A DNA stretch of 64,000 bases from Coleofasciculus chthonoplastes F2-STO-03 (lineage in GTDB: Bacteria > Cyanobacteriota > Cyanobacteriia > Cyanobacteriales > Coleofasciculaceae): positions 29,011-93,010 of the forward strand of contig JAVJWO010000211.1 of assembly GCA_040222015.1 (NCBI GenBank), given 5' to 3'. The position numbers and the translations under genes are program-made. Of the stretch, positions 37,691 through 48,330 are shown piece after piece (the first letter of the stretch is position 1; the number at the start of each line of letters is the position of its first letter). The notes under the pieces are model-generated. The model saw nothing but the letters and a program-made list of their open reading frames with translations, did not search any database and was not told the DNA's origin.

Positions 37691-38830
37691 TCACAACGAC
37701 TTGGAGGTATCTGCTTCTAAGCGATTTACCACAGCTTCCGGTAAATCCAGCAGCTTCACCAGTTCTTTATAAGCGGCTGCTTCTTGTTCATTAATAGTGG
37801 GTTCATTCGGCGTGCGGGCGCTAACATTAATCACCTCATACCCCAACTTCAAAATTAACTCCCGTTCTTCAGGACTTTCAATTTGAGCCACCAACTCATC
37901 AATATCAACATTGGCAGCTAAATAATCCCGCAGTTCGGTTTGTAATTTTTCCTGCTCTTCACTATCTGTCGAAAACATTTGGCTCAAGCGAGCAATAATT
38001 AACTCCGCTTCTTCCGGCGCTAAATCCCCATCTGACCAAGCCATAGCGGTGACAATTCGCAGCAGTTTCATTTGATGGGCGCTAATCGAGGACTCTCGCC
38101 CCAAATAGACTTCAACCACACGCGGGTCATTATGAACATCATCGATACTTCCTTCACATAACACCGAACCCTCATGCAGCACCGTCACCTTCCGGGCAAT
38201 CAGCCGCACAAATTCCATGTCATGTTCAATCACAATAATCGAATGGCTCTCGGCTAAGTTGATCAGTAATTCGGCAATATTTTCAGTCTCTTCATCCGTC
38301 AACCCCGCCACCGGTTCATCAACCAGCAATAAATCAGGGGATTGCGCCACCAACATACCAATCTCTAACCGTTGCTTTTCCCCATGGGAGAGTAAATCGG
38401 CTTGTAAATCGGCTTTGGGAACTAAACCAATTGTTTCTAATAACCCTAACACCGTGCGTCGTTCCGATGCAGCAGGACGCCCAAACAGCGTTGAAAAAAC
38501 ATTTTTACTGCGATTACAAGCTAAGTCTAAATTTTCTCGCACCGTTAGATTCAGGTAAACTCGCGGGGTTTGAAATTTACGACCAATCCCCATCCGCACA
38601 ATTGTCTGTTCCGATTTGCGCCGCAAATTCTGTCCTTTAAACAGGACTCGTCCCCTAGTGGGCTGAACTTTTCCCGTAATCACATCGAGAAACGTAGTTT
38701 TTCCCGCACCATTGGGTCCAATAATCACCCGTAACTCTCCAGTATCCATACTGAAATTGAGGTTATTGAGTGCCTTAAAGCCATCAAAACTAACCGTTAA
38801 ATCTTCAATTGCTAAGATTTGTTGATTCAT
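37691..38830 (-). CDS. urtD: Urea ABC transporter ATPase with C-terminal TerB-like domain
   Basis: VSFDGFKAL, GPNGAGKTT, GIGRKFQTP, LSHGEKQ, VEVYLG, then AMAWSDGDLAPEE. Confidence 0.92.
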   Translation of the reverse strand: MNQQILAIEDLTVSFDGFKALNNLNFSMDTGELRVIIGPNGAGKTTFLDVITGKVQPTRGRVLFKGQNLRRKSEQTIVRMGIGRKFQTPRVYLNLTVRENLDLACNRSKNVFSTLFGRPAASERRTVLGLLETIGLVPKADLQADLLSHGEKQRLEIGMLVAQSPDLLLVDEPVAGLTDEETENIAELLINLAESHSIIVIEHDMEFVRLIARKVTVLHEGSVLCEGSIDDVHNDPRVVEVYLGRESSISAHQMKLLRIVTAMAWSDGDLAPEEAELIIARLSQMFSTDSEEQEKLQTELRDYLAANVDIDELVAQIESPEERELILKLGYEVINVSARTPNEPTINEQEAAAYKELVKLLDLPEAVVNRLEADTSKSL

Positions 38831-38893
38831 AGTTGGCAAACGTTTAGCTAACCCAGGACGAAGGACAAATGACGAAGGACAAATGACGAACGA

Positions 38894-40069
38894 CTAATGA
38901 CTAATTTCCTCTCGTTCCCGCTGCACATCTGGGTCTTCTTCTAAACTGGGATAAGTAATCACTTCTTGGTGCTTACCGAATAAACCGAGCAACGCCTGAT
39001 AACCGGAATATCGCCACCACCCCACAATTCCACTCGGCAATACCGTCACCACCAACAAAAACAATCCGCCTTGGAAAAATAGCCAACTTTCGGCAAAGTT
39101 TTCACTTAAAATACTTTTAGCAAAATTAACCACCAGCGCCCCCAACATTGCCCCCACGAGTGTGGCACGACCACCAACTGCCACCCAAATCACCATTTCA
39201 ATCGAAAAGGCAATATCCATCGCTTTCGGTGAAACAATACCCGTTTGCAGTGTGAACATCGCCCCCGCGATTCCCGCCAACCCCGCAGAAATGGCAAAGA
39301 CTAACACCTTAAATCCGGTGGGATTGTATCCCGAAAACCGCACCCGGTTTTCATCATCGCGAATCGCCACCAGCAAGCGTCCAAAACGCCCCTGAGTCAG
39401 CCAGCGACATAAGGCATAAGAGACAACCAGTAACAGGATTGTAGTGGTATAAAATATAAACTGGGTTCGAGTGGCATTCACATCAGCCCCCAGTAAGGTT
39501 TGGTAATTGGTCAAACCATTCGTACCGTTAAATAGCTTCTGTTGACCATTGAAGAAATTGAAAAAGACAATCGTAGCCGCTTGGGTGAGGATAGAAAAAT
39601 AAACGCCTCGAATCCGGTTACGAAAGACAAGATAGCCAAACAAACCCCCGACGACAGCCGGAACAATAATCACGGCAAAGACAGCAAACCCAAAGGAATC
39701 AAACGGTTGCCAAAACCAAGGCAATTGGTCTACCCCATAAAGACCCATGAATTCGGGTAAACTCTCGCCTTCCAAGGGGGCTAATTTTAGATGCATTGCC
39801 AAGGCATAACCACCCAAGGCGAAAAAGATGCCATGACCCAGACTCAAGAGTCCGGTATAGCCCCAAATCAAGTCAATTGCCAAAGCTGCGATCGCCAATG
39901 CCAAAAATCGCCCCAACAAGCTCAGGCGAAAGTCAGACAGCGCCAACGGAAACACAATAATCAGCAGCAGTGCGATTAGAGTAACCACACCCACTTCAAT
40001 CAGCAGCGATTGACGACGCTTTCGCCGTTGGTCTAGTCCGGGAATTTCAATTACTGAGTCATTTGTCAT
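38894..40069 (-). CDS. urtC: Urea ABC transporter permease
   Basis: DLIWGYTGLLSLGHG, IRGVYFSILTQA, SIEMVIWVAVGGR. Confidence 0.94.
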   Translation of the reverse strand: MTNDSVIEIPGLDQRRKRRQSLLIEVGVVTLIALLLIIVFPLALSDFRLSLLGRFLALAIAALAIDLIWGYTGLLSLGHGIFFALGGYALAMHLKLAPLEGESLPEFMGLYGVDQLPWFWQPFDSFGFAVFAVIIVPAVVGGLFGYLVFRNRIRGVYFSILTQAATIVFFNFFNGQQKLFNGTNGLTNYQTLLGADVNATRTQFIFYTTTILLLVVSYALCRWLTQGRFGRLLVAIRDDENRVRFSGYNPTGFKVLVFAISAGLAGIAGAMFTLQTGIVSPKAMDIAFSIEMVIWVAVGGRATLVGAMLGALVVNFAKSILSENFAESWLFFQGGLFLLVVTVLPSGIVGWWRYSGYQALLGLFGKHQEVITYPSLEEDPDVQREREEISH

Positions 40070-40187
40070 TGGTCATTGGTCATTGGTCATTGGTCATTGG
40101 TCATTTGTCATTCGTTATCCTAAAACTGCCTTAATTACTCCCTTTATGGCTGAACTTTTTTGTTCCTTCTCCCGTCTGCCTTCTGCC

Positions 40188-41360
40188 TCATAATTCATAA
40201 GAGCGTCCTTTCTGTGGAAAAATCCCGCCGGGTCGAATTTGCAGGAAGATAATAATTAGGGCAAACACCATCACCTTTGCCATACTGGTAGTGGAAAAAA
40301 AGGTAAACAAATCAAATAACGGCTCAATGGGCTGAAAGAGCAAAGCCAGTATTCCCGAACCAATTAGGTAATTAATTGTCCCGATCGCTAACGCCGCCAC
40401 AATCGAACCCACTAATTTACCGACGCCGCCAACCACCACCACCATGAATGTATCGACGACATAATTTTGACCGGTATTCGGGCTAACTGAACCCAGCAAA
40501 CTAATCGCACAACCTGCAACCCCAGCTAAACCCGAACCAATAGCAAAGGTTAACGCATCAACCTTACCCGTAGGAATTCCCAAACAAGCGCTCATACTCC
40601 GATTTTGAGTTACAGCGCGAATCCGCAATCCCCAAGCTGAACGCTGTAAAAATAGGTAAATTCCCGTGATGCAAAGAATCGTTAGCCCAATAATAAATAA
40701 TCGGACATAAGATAACTGAAAGCTACCTTCTGACAACTCCACCATCCACCCTCCCCGCATCCAAGTTGGCGCCGTGACATCAACACCTTGAGTGCCAAAC
40801 CAAGGCTTAGTTAACACTAGCTCGAATATTTCACTCAAAACCTTGCCAATCGTAAAGACAATTCCCAGGGATAATACCACCATTATCGGAATTGCCCAAC
40901 TGCGAATCCTCGGAAAATCTGCCCGACGAGACAGTACCCACAGCGCCCCAAAAAACAGCAGGCAAAATAGGACAATCCCAATCACCATCACCCAATTTAC
41001 GCTACGGACGAACTGCTGCAAAATTAGACTAACGCCCCAGGTTGCCAGCAAGGTTTCCAAGGGACGCCCGTACAGAAAGCGGATGACACCCCGTTCCAGA
41101 ATCAATCCCACAGCGGCGGTTACCAGAAACGCGATCGGTATGGCAAATAAGATATAGGTTGCAAACCAAGGTTCCCCCAGAGACTTAAACCCATTTTGGA
41201 CAACAAAGGTCGTATAAGCACCCAGCATCATCAACTCCCCGTGTGCCAAGTTGATCACACCCATGAGTCCGAATACAATGGCTAATCCTAGCGCTGCAAT
41301 TAATAAAACAGCGCCAATACTGATACCGCCATAGAGACTATCTAAAAGTCCTGCTAGCAC
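40188..41360 (-). CDS. urtB: Urea ABC transporter permease
   Basis: ALGLAIVFGLMGVINLAHGE, GRPLETLLATWG, IRAVTQNR. Confidence 0.94.
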   Translation of the reverse strand: MLAGLLDSLYGGISIGAVLLIAALGLAIVFGLMGVINLAHGELMMLGAYTTFVVQNGFKSLGEPWFATYILFAIPIAFLVTAAVGLILERGVIRFLYGRPLETLLATWGVSLILQQFVRSVNWVMVIGIVLFCLLFFGALWVLSRRADFPRIRSWAIPIMVVLSLGIVFTIGKVLSEIFELVLTKPWFGTQGVDVTAPTWMRGGWMVELSEGSFQLSYVRLFIIGLTILCITGIYLFLQRSAWGLRIRAVTQNRSMSACLGIPTGKVDALTFAIGSGLAGVAGCAISLLGSVSPNTGQNYVVDTFMVVVVGGVGKLVGSIVAALAIGTINYLIGSGILALLFQPIEPLFDLFTFFSTTSMAKVMVFALIIIFLQIRPGGIFPQKGRSYEL

Positions 41361-41449
41361 AATTTTCTACGTTGATTGTTGGTCAGGAATGACAAAGGAC
41401 ATAAGACCAATGACGATCTTCACCTTGAAGTTGATTGGCGTCTATCGGC

Positions 41450-42772
41450 TTATACGTCTTTTAAGTTGTATTTACCACCCTTACTCGGATCAGACCAATC
41501 ACAGCCTAATCCCTTCGTATCGGCAACAAATTGATTCCAGGGAATGGGTTCAACGGCGGCTTCCGTCTCGTTGACAATTTCAAACAGACCATCCTCTCCC
41601 ACTTTTCCAATCCGTACCACCTTCGAGAGGTGATGGTTAGTATTCATCGTAACCATCCCTTCTGGGGCATCAAATTTCTGACCATAAGCCGCTTTGCGAA
41701 CAGCTTCTAAGTCATCAGCCGTTCCTGCTTCTTCGACCGCTTGTTTCCACAAGTAAACGCCAATATAAGCAGCTTCCATGGGGTCATTAGTCACTCGGTC
41801 TTCACCATATTTTGCCTTAAATGCCTTGACAAATTCCTGATTTTCTGATGTATCAACCGTTTGGAAGTAGTTCCACGCCGCATACTGATCTTTCAGGTAT
41901 TCTGTACCAATTGCCTTGACTTCTTCTTCAGCAATACTCACAGACATAACCGGATACTTATCAGGGGTCAACCCTGCACCCTGTAGCTGTTTGAAGAACG
42001 CCACATTACTATCTCCGTTGAGGGTATTAAAAATAACGCCCCCGTCTGGCAACGCCGCCCGAATTTTAGTAATAATGGGAGTAACTTCTGTATTCCCCAG
42101 AGGCAAGTAATCCTCGCCAACGGTTTCGCCACCTAGTTCTGCAAGCTGAGCTTTAATAATTGTATTAGCGGTACGCGGGAACACGTAGTCAGAACCAATC
42201 AGGAAGAATTGTTTGCCCTTATTCTCCAGCAACCAAGCCACGGCTGGCTCAATCTGCTGATTCGGAGCAGCGCCTGTATAGAAGATATTGTTAGAACACT
42301 CCTGACCCTCGTACTGCACAGGATACCAGAGCATATGTTTTTTCTCTTCAAAGACGGGCAATACCGCCTTGCGGCTAGCCGACGTCCAGCAGCCAAAAAC
42401 GGAGACGACTTTATCTTGGTCAATTAGCTTTCTGGCTTTCTCCGCAAACGTGGGCCAATCTGAGGCACCGTCTTCCACAATCGGTTCAATCTGCTTACCC
42501 AGGACACCCCCAGCGGCGTTGATTTCCTCAATCGCCAGTTGTTCGGCATCCACGACACTTTTTTCACTAATCGCCATGGTGCCACTGAGGGAATGGAGAA
42601 TCCCGACTTTTATCGTGTCACCATTGCCACCAGCCGCCGCCGAGTCAGAGGTTGTCGCCTCTCCGGTGGTATCCGGTGCTGGCGGCTCACTACAGGCTTT
42701 GAGGAGAATACTGGTTCCCAACGTGGCGGAGCCATAGATCAAAAATTTGCGTCGCCCTAATCGTCTAACCAT
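41450..42772 (-). CDS. urtA: Urea ABC transporter substrate-binding lipoprotein
   Basis: Tat/lipobox; [35 protein letters not shown]. Confidence 0.95.
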   Translation of the reverse strand: MVRRLGRRKFLIYGSATLGTSILLKACSEPPAPDTTGEATTSDSAAAGGNGDTIKVGILHSLSGTMAISEKSVVDAEQLAIEEINAAGGVLGKQIEPIVEDGASDWPTFAEKARKLIDQDKVVSVFGCWTSASRKAVLPVFEEKKHMLWYPVQYEGQECSNNIFYTGAAPNQQIEPAVAWLLENKGKQFFLIGSDYVFPRTANTIIKAQLAELGGETVGEDYLPLGNTEVTPIITKIRAALPDGGVIFNTLNGDSNVAFFKQLQGAGLTPDKYPVMSVSIAEEEVKAIGTEYLKDQYAAWNYFQTVDTSENQEFVKAFKAKYGEDRVTNDPMEAAYIGVYLWKQAVEEAGTADDLEAVRKAAYGQKFDAPEGMVTMNTNHHLSKVVRIGKVGEDGLFEIVNETEAAVEPIPWNQFVADTKGLGCDWSDPSKGGKYNLKDV

Positions 42773-42833
42773 TTGTATAGATAGTCCTTGGGTAATTCTT
42801 TTTGTTGATAGAGATAAACAAGGTTAAGCTGTG

Positions 42834-42875
42834 ATATTAGAGCCAGCTTATCTGAGTAATTGTTATTTTTAATAC
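42834..42875 (-). promoter_or_regulatory. NtcA-activated promoter of the urt operon
   Basis: Minus strand GTA-N8-AAC (42875-42862), then 22 nt, then -10 TAATAT (42839-42834); canonical class II NtcA geometry. Confidence 0.75.
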
Positions 42876-43036
42876 AAAATGGCAAGACGGGGCAGATGGA
42901 GCAGATGGCTCAGATGACGGCGCTGTAGGGGTAGAAGGCTTGCGCCCATTCGGGAAGATAGCTGAGATGGGGAAGTCCGAAAAAAAGTTGAACACAAATT
43001 AAAAGTTGTGCTAGTATTAATAACTGTGAACGAAAT

Positions 43037-43118
43037 GGGTCGATGCCCGAGTGGTTAATGGGGGCGGACTGTAAATCCGCTGGCTATGCCTACGTTGGTT
43101 CAAATCCAACTCGGCCCA
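43037..43118 (+). tRNA. trnY: tRNA-Tyr(GTA)
   Basis: GGGTCGATGCCCGAGTGG...GCGGA CTGTAAA TCCGC...GGTTCAAATCC...CGGCCCA; long variable arm. Confidence 0.96.
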
Positions 43119-43172
43119 TCACATGACTCTAATTTTTAGAGGGTGTGTGTATTAGAAGCGTCCATTACATCA

Positions 43173-43244
43173 GCCCGTGTAGCTCAGTGGTAGAGCACAC
43201 CCTTGGTAAGGGTGAGGTCACGAGTTCAATCCTCGTCACGGGCT
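43173..43244 (+). tRNA. trnT: tRNA-Thr(GGT)
   Basis: GCCCGTGTAGCTCAGTGG...CACCC TTGGTAA GGGTG...GTTCAATC...CACGGGCT. Confidence 0.96.
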
Positions 43245-44705
43245 TTTGAGAAGGCTATATAAACCTTTGATTTACCGTACTTATAGCTTGCTGCATTTTG
43301 TAGTTAGATGTAATACATTAGGCATCTGACATAAAAAACTGACATAAATTTGACATAGGCTGAATCGGTTTTACTCAAACAAATCCGGTACTTCTATACG
43401 ATTGATAATACCAGCATAGTTATTATAAATTGTTTGAATTCCTGATTTACTCCCATGTGTCAAACTCGCACATTTAACTATGTCCTTATTTTTTTCAAGA
43501 AAATGGCTAATGAACGTATGTCTAGTATTATATTGCGGTCTATGTTCAATCCCTAACTCTTTTAAACATTTTGACCAAATACGTTGAGAAAAGTTGTGGT
43601 CATCTATAGGTTTACCCGTAGGACTAAAGAAGACAAGAGATTCGAGGCTTTTATCACTTTGCGAATATCTTTTTTGGAGTAATTCTAGTAATTCATTGGA
43701 TAGTGGAAATTGTCTTAGTGTATTTTTTTTAGTTCTTTTTCTGATTCTTTTTCCTGTATTCTCTCCTGCTCTTGCTAATGATTCGTAAATAAACATCAGG
43801 TTGCGACTAAAATCGATATGTTTCCATTGTAATCCAATAGCTTCGCTTGTTCGAGTACCTGTAAAGAAAAGAAATTTGACGTAATCAGTATAATGTTGAT
43901 AATATTTACTGGTTTCAAACCAATTAATAATCGCATTAATTTCTTCTGCGTTGAATGGCTTAGGTTGTGGTTTGAATTCAACTTTAATTTTTATGTCATT
44001 GAAATAGAAAGAAACTGCTTTCAAAGTATTTAGATAGCGTTGAATTGTTGAATTTGCTAGCTTACGACTTGCTTTAATCCAAGCAATAAACCTTTCAGCA
44101 TCACCAATACTGTTTATGTCCTTTCCGTACTTTTTTAAAAGATTGATTAAAGCTTTATCTGTACTGTGATACTTTTTTTCTAGTCTCTTTTCAAGTATCT
44201 CAATCAGAGTAGGTTGCTTTTCTGGCTGTATTTCTGCCAGAGATTCCTTAATCCCCTTACTAGCTTGTTTGACAAATTGGCTAACTGCATTTGGATTATA
44301 TTTTAGAGCTAATTCCCCATTATTGGTTGCAGTAAAGTTCCCAGATGCAATATCTAACGCAATCTTGTCACAGATAGTTTGAGCGTGTTTCAATGCTATT
44401 GGATCTTTGTAGCTACCTAGCTTAGTAAGTAAGAAGCGATTACCCTTATGGGTGAAACGGATCATTATCGAACCATTATTATCCAATGGCTGTTTTGGTG
44501 CTACCATAGTCTCAGAATTATTTTTATAAACAGTAGGTAGGAATGCTTATAAGGCAATTAGCTATTCCCTACCTACTATTTTTAGCACTATTGACGTAAA
44601 ACTGACATAATTTTTTATTCTATGCCTAGAAAACCTGTATTTACTGGATCAAAAACACCCTTGTTAAGGGTGAGGTCACGAGTTCAATCCTCGTCACGGG
44701 CTTTT
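43197..44705. mobile_element. Minimal integrative element at tRNA-Thr (attL 43197-43247, attR 44655-44705)
   Basis: 51-bp direct repeat of the tRNA 3' part with one mismatch, flanking an AT-rich integrase gene; TGACATA repeats inside both ends. Confidence 0.9.
43371..44507 (-). CDS. Tyrosine recombinase/integrase with N-terminal arm-binding-like domain
   Basis: FLFFTGTRTSEAIGLQW, YNTRHTF, C-terminal Y in IYNNYA. Confidence 0.92.
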   Translation of the reverse strand: MVAPKQPLDNNGSIMIRFTHKGNRFLLTKLGSYKDPIALKHAQTICDKIALDIASGNFTATNNGELALKYNPNAVSQFVKQASKGIKESLAEIQPEKQPTLIEILEKRLEKKYHSTDKALINLLKKYGKDINSIGDAERFIAWIKASRKLANSTIQRYLNTLKAVSFYFNDIKIKVEFKPQPKPFNAEEINAIINWFETSKYYQHYTDYVKFLFFTGTRTSEAIGLQWKHIDFSRNLMFIYESLARAGENTGKRIRKRTKKNTLRQFPLSNELLELLQKRYSQSDKSLESLVFFSPTGKPIDDHNFSQRIWSKCLKELGIEHRPQYNTRHTFISHFLEKNKDIVKCASLTHGSKSGIQTIYNNYAGIINRIEVPDLFE

Positions 44706-44846
44706 CAGAAAGCTATACCCTTTTTATGTAGAGACGCGCCATGGCGCGTCTCTAGCACAGTTCGGAAATTCCTAATCGATTTGTCTACTGCTATATTTGT
44801 TGGAGGTGACAGATTAATGTTATGAAGACAAATATATGTCAGAAAA

Positions 44847-47800
44847 ATGTTTAAACGCATCTGGAACCGCCTTTTTCAAGTCATCATCGTGCTTCTGGGG
44901 TTGTGGCTAGCCTGGGATTTGCTGGCTCACCTGGTTGCGGAAATTTTATGGTTCATTGAGCTTGATTATTTGTCGGCGTTCTGGTTACGCTTGCGGACTC
45001 AGCTAGGTTTGTGGGCGTTTGTTGGCTGCTTATCCGCCGGATTTTTACTCAGTAACTTGTTTCTCGCCAATCGGCTGAAGTATCCCGCCGCCATCGCCAA
45101 GGAGGTTGGCAACCCCACTAGGATACCTCCGGGGACTACTCAACTCAATCCAACCCTATCAAAGACTCCTACACAAGACTCTACACCCTTAAACCTTGAA
45201 AAGGGAGCGTTAGCGCTGAGGTTAGGACTACTCTTGCCAATCGTACTATGTCTCGACGTACTCGTGGGGATAATGCTAATACACTACGGCGAAGTGGCTA
45301 TCTCCCTTTGGCAACCTGATTTTAATTTGCCCAGTGTAACCCCACCCCTACCGCCTCCTTTTGATTGGAGTTCCATACACGATGTATTGCTACAGTTGCT
45401 GGTACAGATAATACAACTCATTGGTTTAGTCATCATTGTCATCGCATTGGTGGTTAATTCCCAATTCTGGTTAACGGTGATGGCTGTTGTTTTTCCAGTG
45501 GTTTTTGCCTTAGTGGTATCTGGACAATGGGGCAGGATTTTGCAGTATTTACAGCCAACCGCCTTTAACGCGAATGACCCTTTATTTGGCACGGATATTA
45601 GTTTCTATGTCTTTAAACTTCCGGTGTGGCAACTATTGAACTTTTGGCTGGGGGGGTTGTGTCTGTTTGGTTTAGTTGCCGTAACCTTAACCTATTTGGT
45701 ATCTGGAAATAGCCTGTCTCATGGGCGGTTTCCCGGATTTTCTGATCATCAACTTTATCATTTACATGGATTGGGTTCTTTGGCGATGGCGACAGTGGCG
45801 TTCCAGTATTGGCTATCGCGCTATGAACTGCTGTATTCCACTCGTGGCGTTACCTATGGTGCTAGTTATACCGATGTTAAGGCGCAGTTACCGATTAATA
45901 CAGGGTTAAGTGTTTTCGCCCTGGGGATTGCTTTATTTTTACTCCTGAGACCAATAATCGGGTTTAAGTCGCTGCACAGGAGTGGCAAGGGAACACTCTC
46001 CCTACTGGGATTGTATGTGATGATGGTCGCGATCGCAGGCTGGCTAATCCCGGCGACGGTGCAACAGTTTGGCGTGCAGCCGAATGAATTAGAACGGGAA
46101 CGCCCCTATATTGAACGCAGTATCAAACTGAGTCGAGCCGCATTTGATCTGGATAGTATTAATGTAGAAATCTTTAACCCCGAAGGCGAACTAACCAGTG
46201 CTGATTTAGATGAAAATGTTTTAACGATTCGCAATATCCGCCTCTGGGATGCTCGTCCCATCCTGCAAACTAATCGTCAGCTACAACGTATCCGTCTCTA
46301 CTACGAATTTGCGGACGCTGATATTGACCGCTACAGGCTACCGTTAGAAGTGTCTGGTGTTCCGCCTTCCTTTGCGGGAGAAGAAGGCGATGAACTAGAA
46401 GCAGAAAACACAGAGATTTCCCTAACTGTACCAGCACCCAGTTTTACGATTGAAAAGCAACAAGTGATTATTGCACCGAGGGAATTATCCTACGAATCAG
46501 TGCCCGAACAAGCCCAAACCTGGGTTAACCAACACTTAGTTTATACCCACGGCTATGGCTTTACGATGAGTCCTGTAAATCGGGTGGGTAGTGGCGGATT
46601 GCCTAACTATTTTGTGAAAGATATTGGCACCAGTGCTGATCCCGGTGTTGGCGGAGATTTATCCACATCTAGCCAACTGATTCGCGAAAGTATACCCATT
46701 GGTGCGCCCCGAATTTACTACGGACAACTGACTGAAAATTATGTGATGACTCCGACTAAAGTGCGGGAATTCGATTATCCCAGTGGTGAGGATAATGTTT
46801 ACAATATCTACGATGGTAATGGGGGTGTTCAGATCAGTTCACTATGGCGCAGGCTGTTGTTTGCCGAGTATCTCAAAGATTGGAAGATGCTGTTTACGGA
46901 CAACTTTACGCCGGAAACCAAAGTATTATTCCGTCGCAACATCAACCAACGGATTCGGGCGATCGCGCCGTTCTTACGTTATGATCGCGATCCGTATATT
47001 GTCAGTGTTAATCCTCAGGGTGGGGAAACAGAAGCGGATCAAACCTATCTTTACTGGATTATTGACGCCTACACCACCAGCGAACATTATCCCTATTCTG
47101 ACCCTGGTGATAATCAGTTTAACTATATCCGCAACTCGGTTAAAGTCGTCATTGATGCCTATCACGGCACTATTACATTCTATGTTGCTGACCCCGATGA
47201 CCCAATTATTCAAACCTGGACAAAGATTTTCCCTACCTTATTTAAACCGTTAGATGCCATGCCTGAGGCGTTGCGACTTCATATTCGCTATCCGGTAGAC
47301 ATCTTCAGTGTCCAGTCGGAACGGTTGCTCACCTATCACATGACTGATCCCCAAGTATTTTACAACCGGGAAGACCAATGGCGGATTCCCCAGGAGATTT
47401 ACGGAACTGAGTTGCAACCTCTGGAACCGTACTACCTGATTATGAAACTGCCAACGGCTACGAATGAAGAGTTCATTCTCCTCCATCCCTTTACACCTCA
47501 GGCACGTAATAATTTAATTGCTTGGTTGGCAGGGCGTTCAGATGGTGAGAATTATGGCAAATTATTTTTATATCAGTTTCCTAAACAAGAACTGATTTAC
47601 GGACCCGAACAAATTGAAGCCTTAATTAATCAAGATCCGGTCATTTCTCAGCAAATCTCACTGTGGAATCGTCAAGGTTCACGGGCAGTTCAGGGGAATT
47701 TGTTGGTGATTCCGATTGAACAATCCTTACTTTATGTCGAACCGCTTTACCTGGAAGCCGAACGCAATAGCCTGCCTATTTTAGCACGGGTGATTGTTGT

Positions 47801-47936
47801 TTATGAAAATCGCATTATCATGGCGGAAAGTTTAGAAAAGGCGCTGGAGGGAATCTTTCAGGAACCTGAACAAGAACCCGCCCCCACGATTATTCGTCCC
47901 CTAGAGGAACCCCCTGTGCCGTTAGAGGGAGGATAA
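44847..47936 (+). CDS. UPF0182 family membrane protein
   Basis: EILWF, DPLFGTDISFYVF, NIRLWD, HLVYTHGYG, NYIRNSVK, GNLLVIP..LLYVEPLY. Confidence 0.93.
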   Translation: MFKRIWNRLFQVIIVLLGLWLAWDLLAHLVAEILWFIELDYLSAFWLRLRTQLGLWAFVGCLSAGFLLSNLFLANRLKYPAAIAKEVGNPTRIPPGTTQLNPTLSKTPTQDSTPLNLEKGALALRLGLLLPIVLCLDVLVGIMLIHYGEVAISLWQPDFNLPSVTPPLPPPFDWSSIHDVLLQLLVQIIQLIGLVIIVIALVVNSQFWLTVMAVVFPVVFALVVSGQWGRILQYLQPTAFNANDPLFGTDISFYVFKLPVWQLLNFWLGGLCLFGLVAVTLTYLVSGNSLSHGRFPGFSDHQLYHLHGLGSLAMATVAFQYWLSRYELLYSTRGVTYGASYTDVKAQLPINTGLSVFALGIALFLLLRPIIGFKSLHRSGKGTLSLLGLYVMMVAIAGWLIPATVQQFGVQPNELERERPYIERSIKLSRAAFDLDSINVEIFNPEGELTSADLDENVLTIRNIRLWDARPILQTNRQLQRIRLYYEFADADIDRYRLPLEVSGVPPSFAGEEGDELEAENTEISLTVPAPSFTIEKQQVIIAPRELSYESVPEQAQTWVNQHLVYTHGYGFTMSPVNRVGSGGLPNYFVKDIGTSADPGVGGDLSTSSQLIRESIPIGAPRIYYGQLTENYVMTPTKVREFDYPSGEDNVYNIYDGNGGVQISSLWRRLLFAEYLKDWKMLFTDNFTPETKVLFRRNINQRIRAIAPFLRYDRDPYIVSVNPQGGETEADQTYLYWIIDAYTTSEHYPYSDPGDNQFNYIRNSVKVVIDAYHGTITFYVADPDDPIIQTWTKIFPTLFKPLDAMPEALRLHIRYPVDIFSVQSERLLTYHMTDPQVFYNREDQWRIPQEIYGTELQPLEPYYLIMKLPTATNEEFILLHPFTPQARNNLIAWLAGRSDGENYGKLFLYQFPKQELIYGPEQIEALINQDPVISQQISLWNRQGSRAVQGNLLVIPIEQSLLYVEPLYLEAERNSLPILARVIVVYENRIIMAESLEKALEGIFQEPEQEPAPTIIRPLEEPPVPLEGG

Positions 47937-48330
47937 CCAAGGCAGAAGGCAGATTAAAAACTACGCAAGTTTGAATGGCAAAGGCTAGTCTGTAAGTAGT
48001 CGGACTTTCATTAACCTTAACGGTTGAGATTAGGGAACAGGCAACAGGCTTTTATCTGCTAAGGAATAGCTTGATTTTTGAGGCGCGATCGCACTCTCTC
48101 CTTTCAACCTAACCTAAACAGCGATCGCACTCCTGTTATGCCACTCTTATCAATTCTCCCACCAACTTTGGGATATACGCCCTGGTGGGGATATTATGCT
48201 TTTTTTCAATAAGCGCGATCGCACTCCTGTTATGCTACTCTTATCAATTCTCCCACCAACTTTGGGATATACGCCCTGGTGGGGATATTATTCTTTAAAC
48301 TAAGGGCGATCGCTTTAAAATAGAGGAAAA

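Noticed and set aside
44655..44705. Second tRNA gene with GTT anticodon
   Set aside because: It lacks the 5' acceptor strand and D arm; it is the attR copy.
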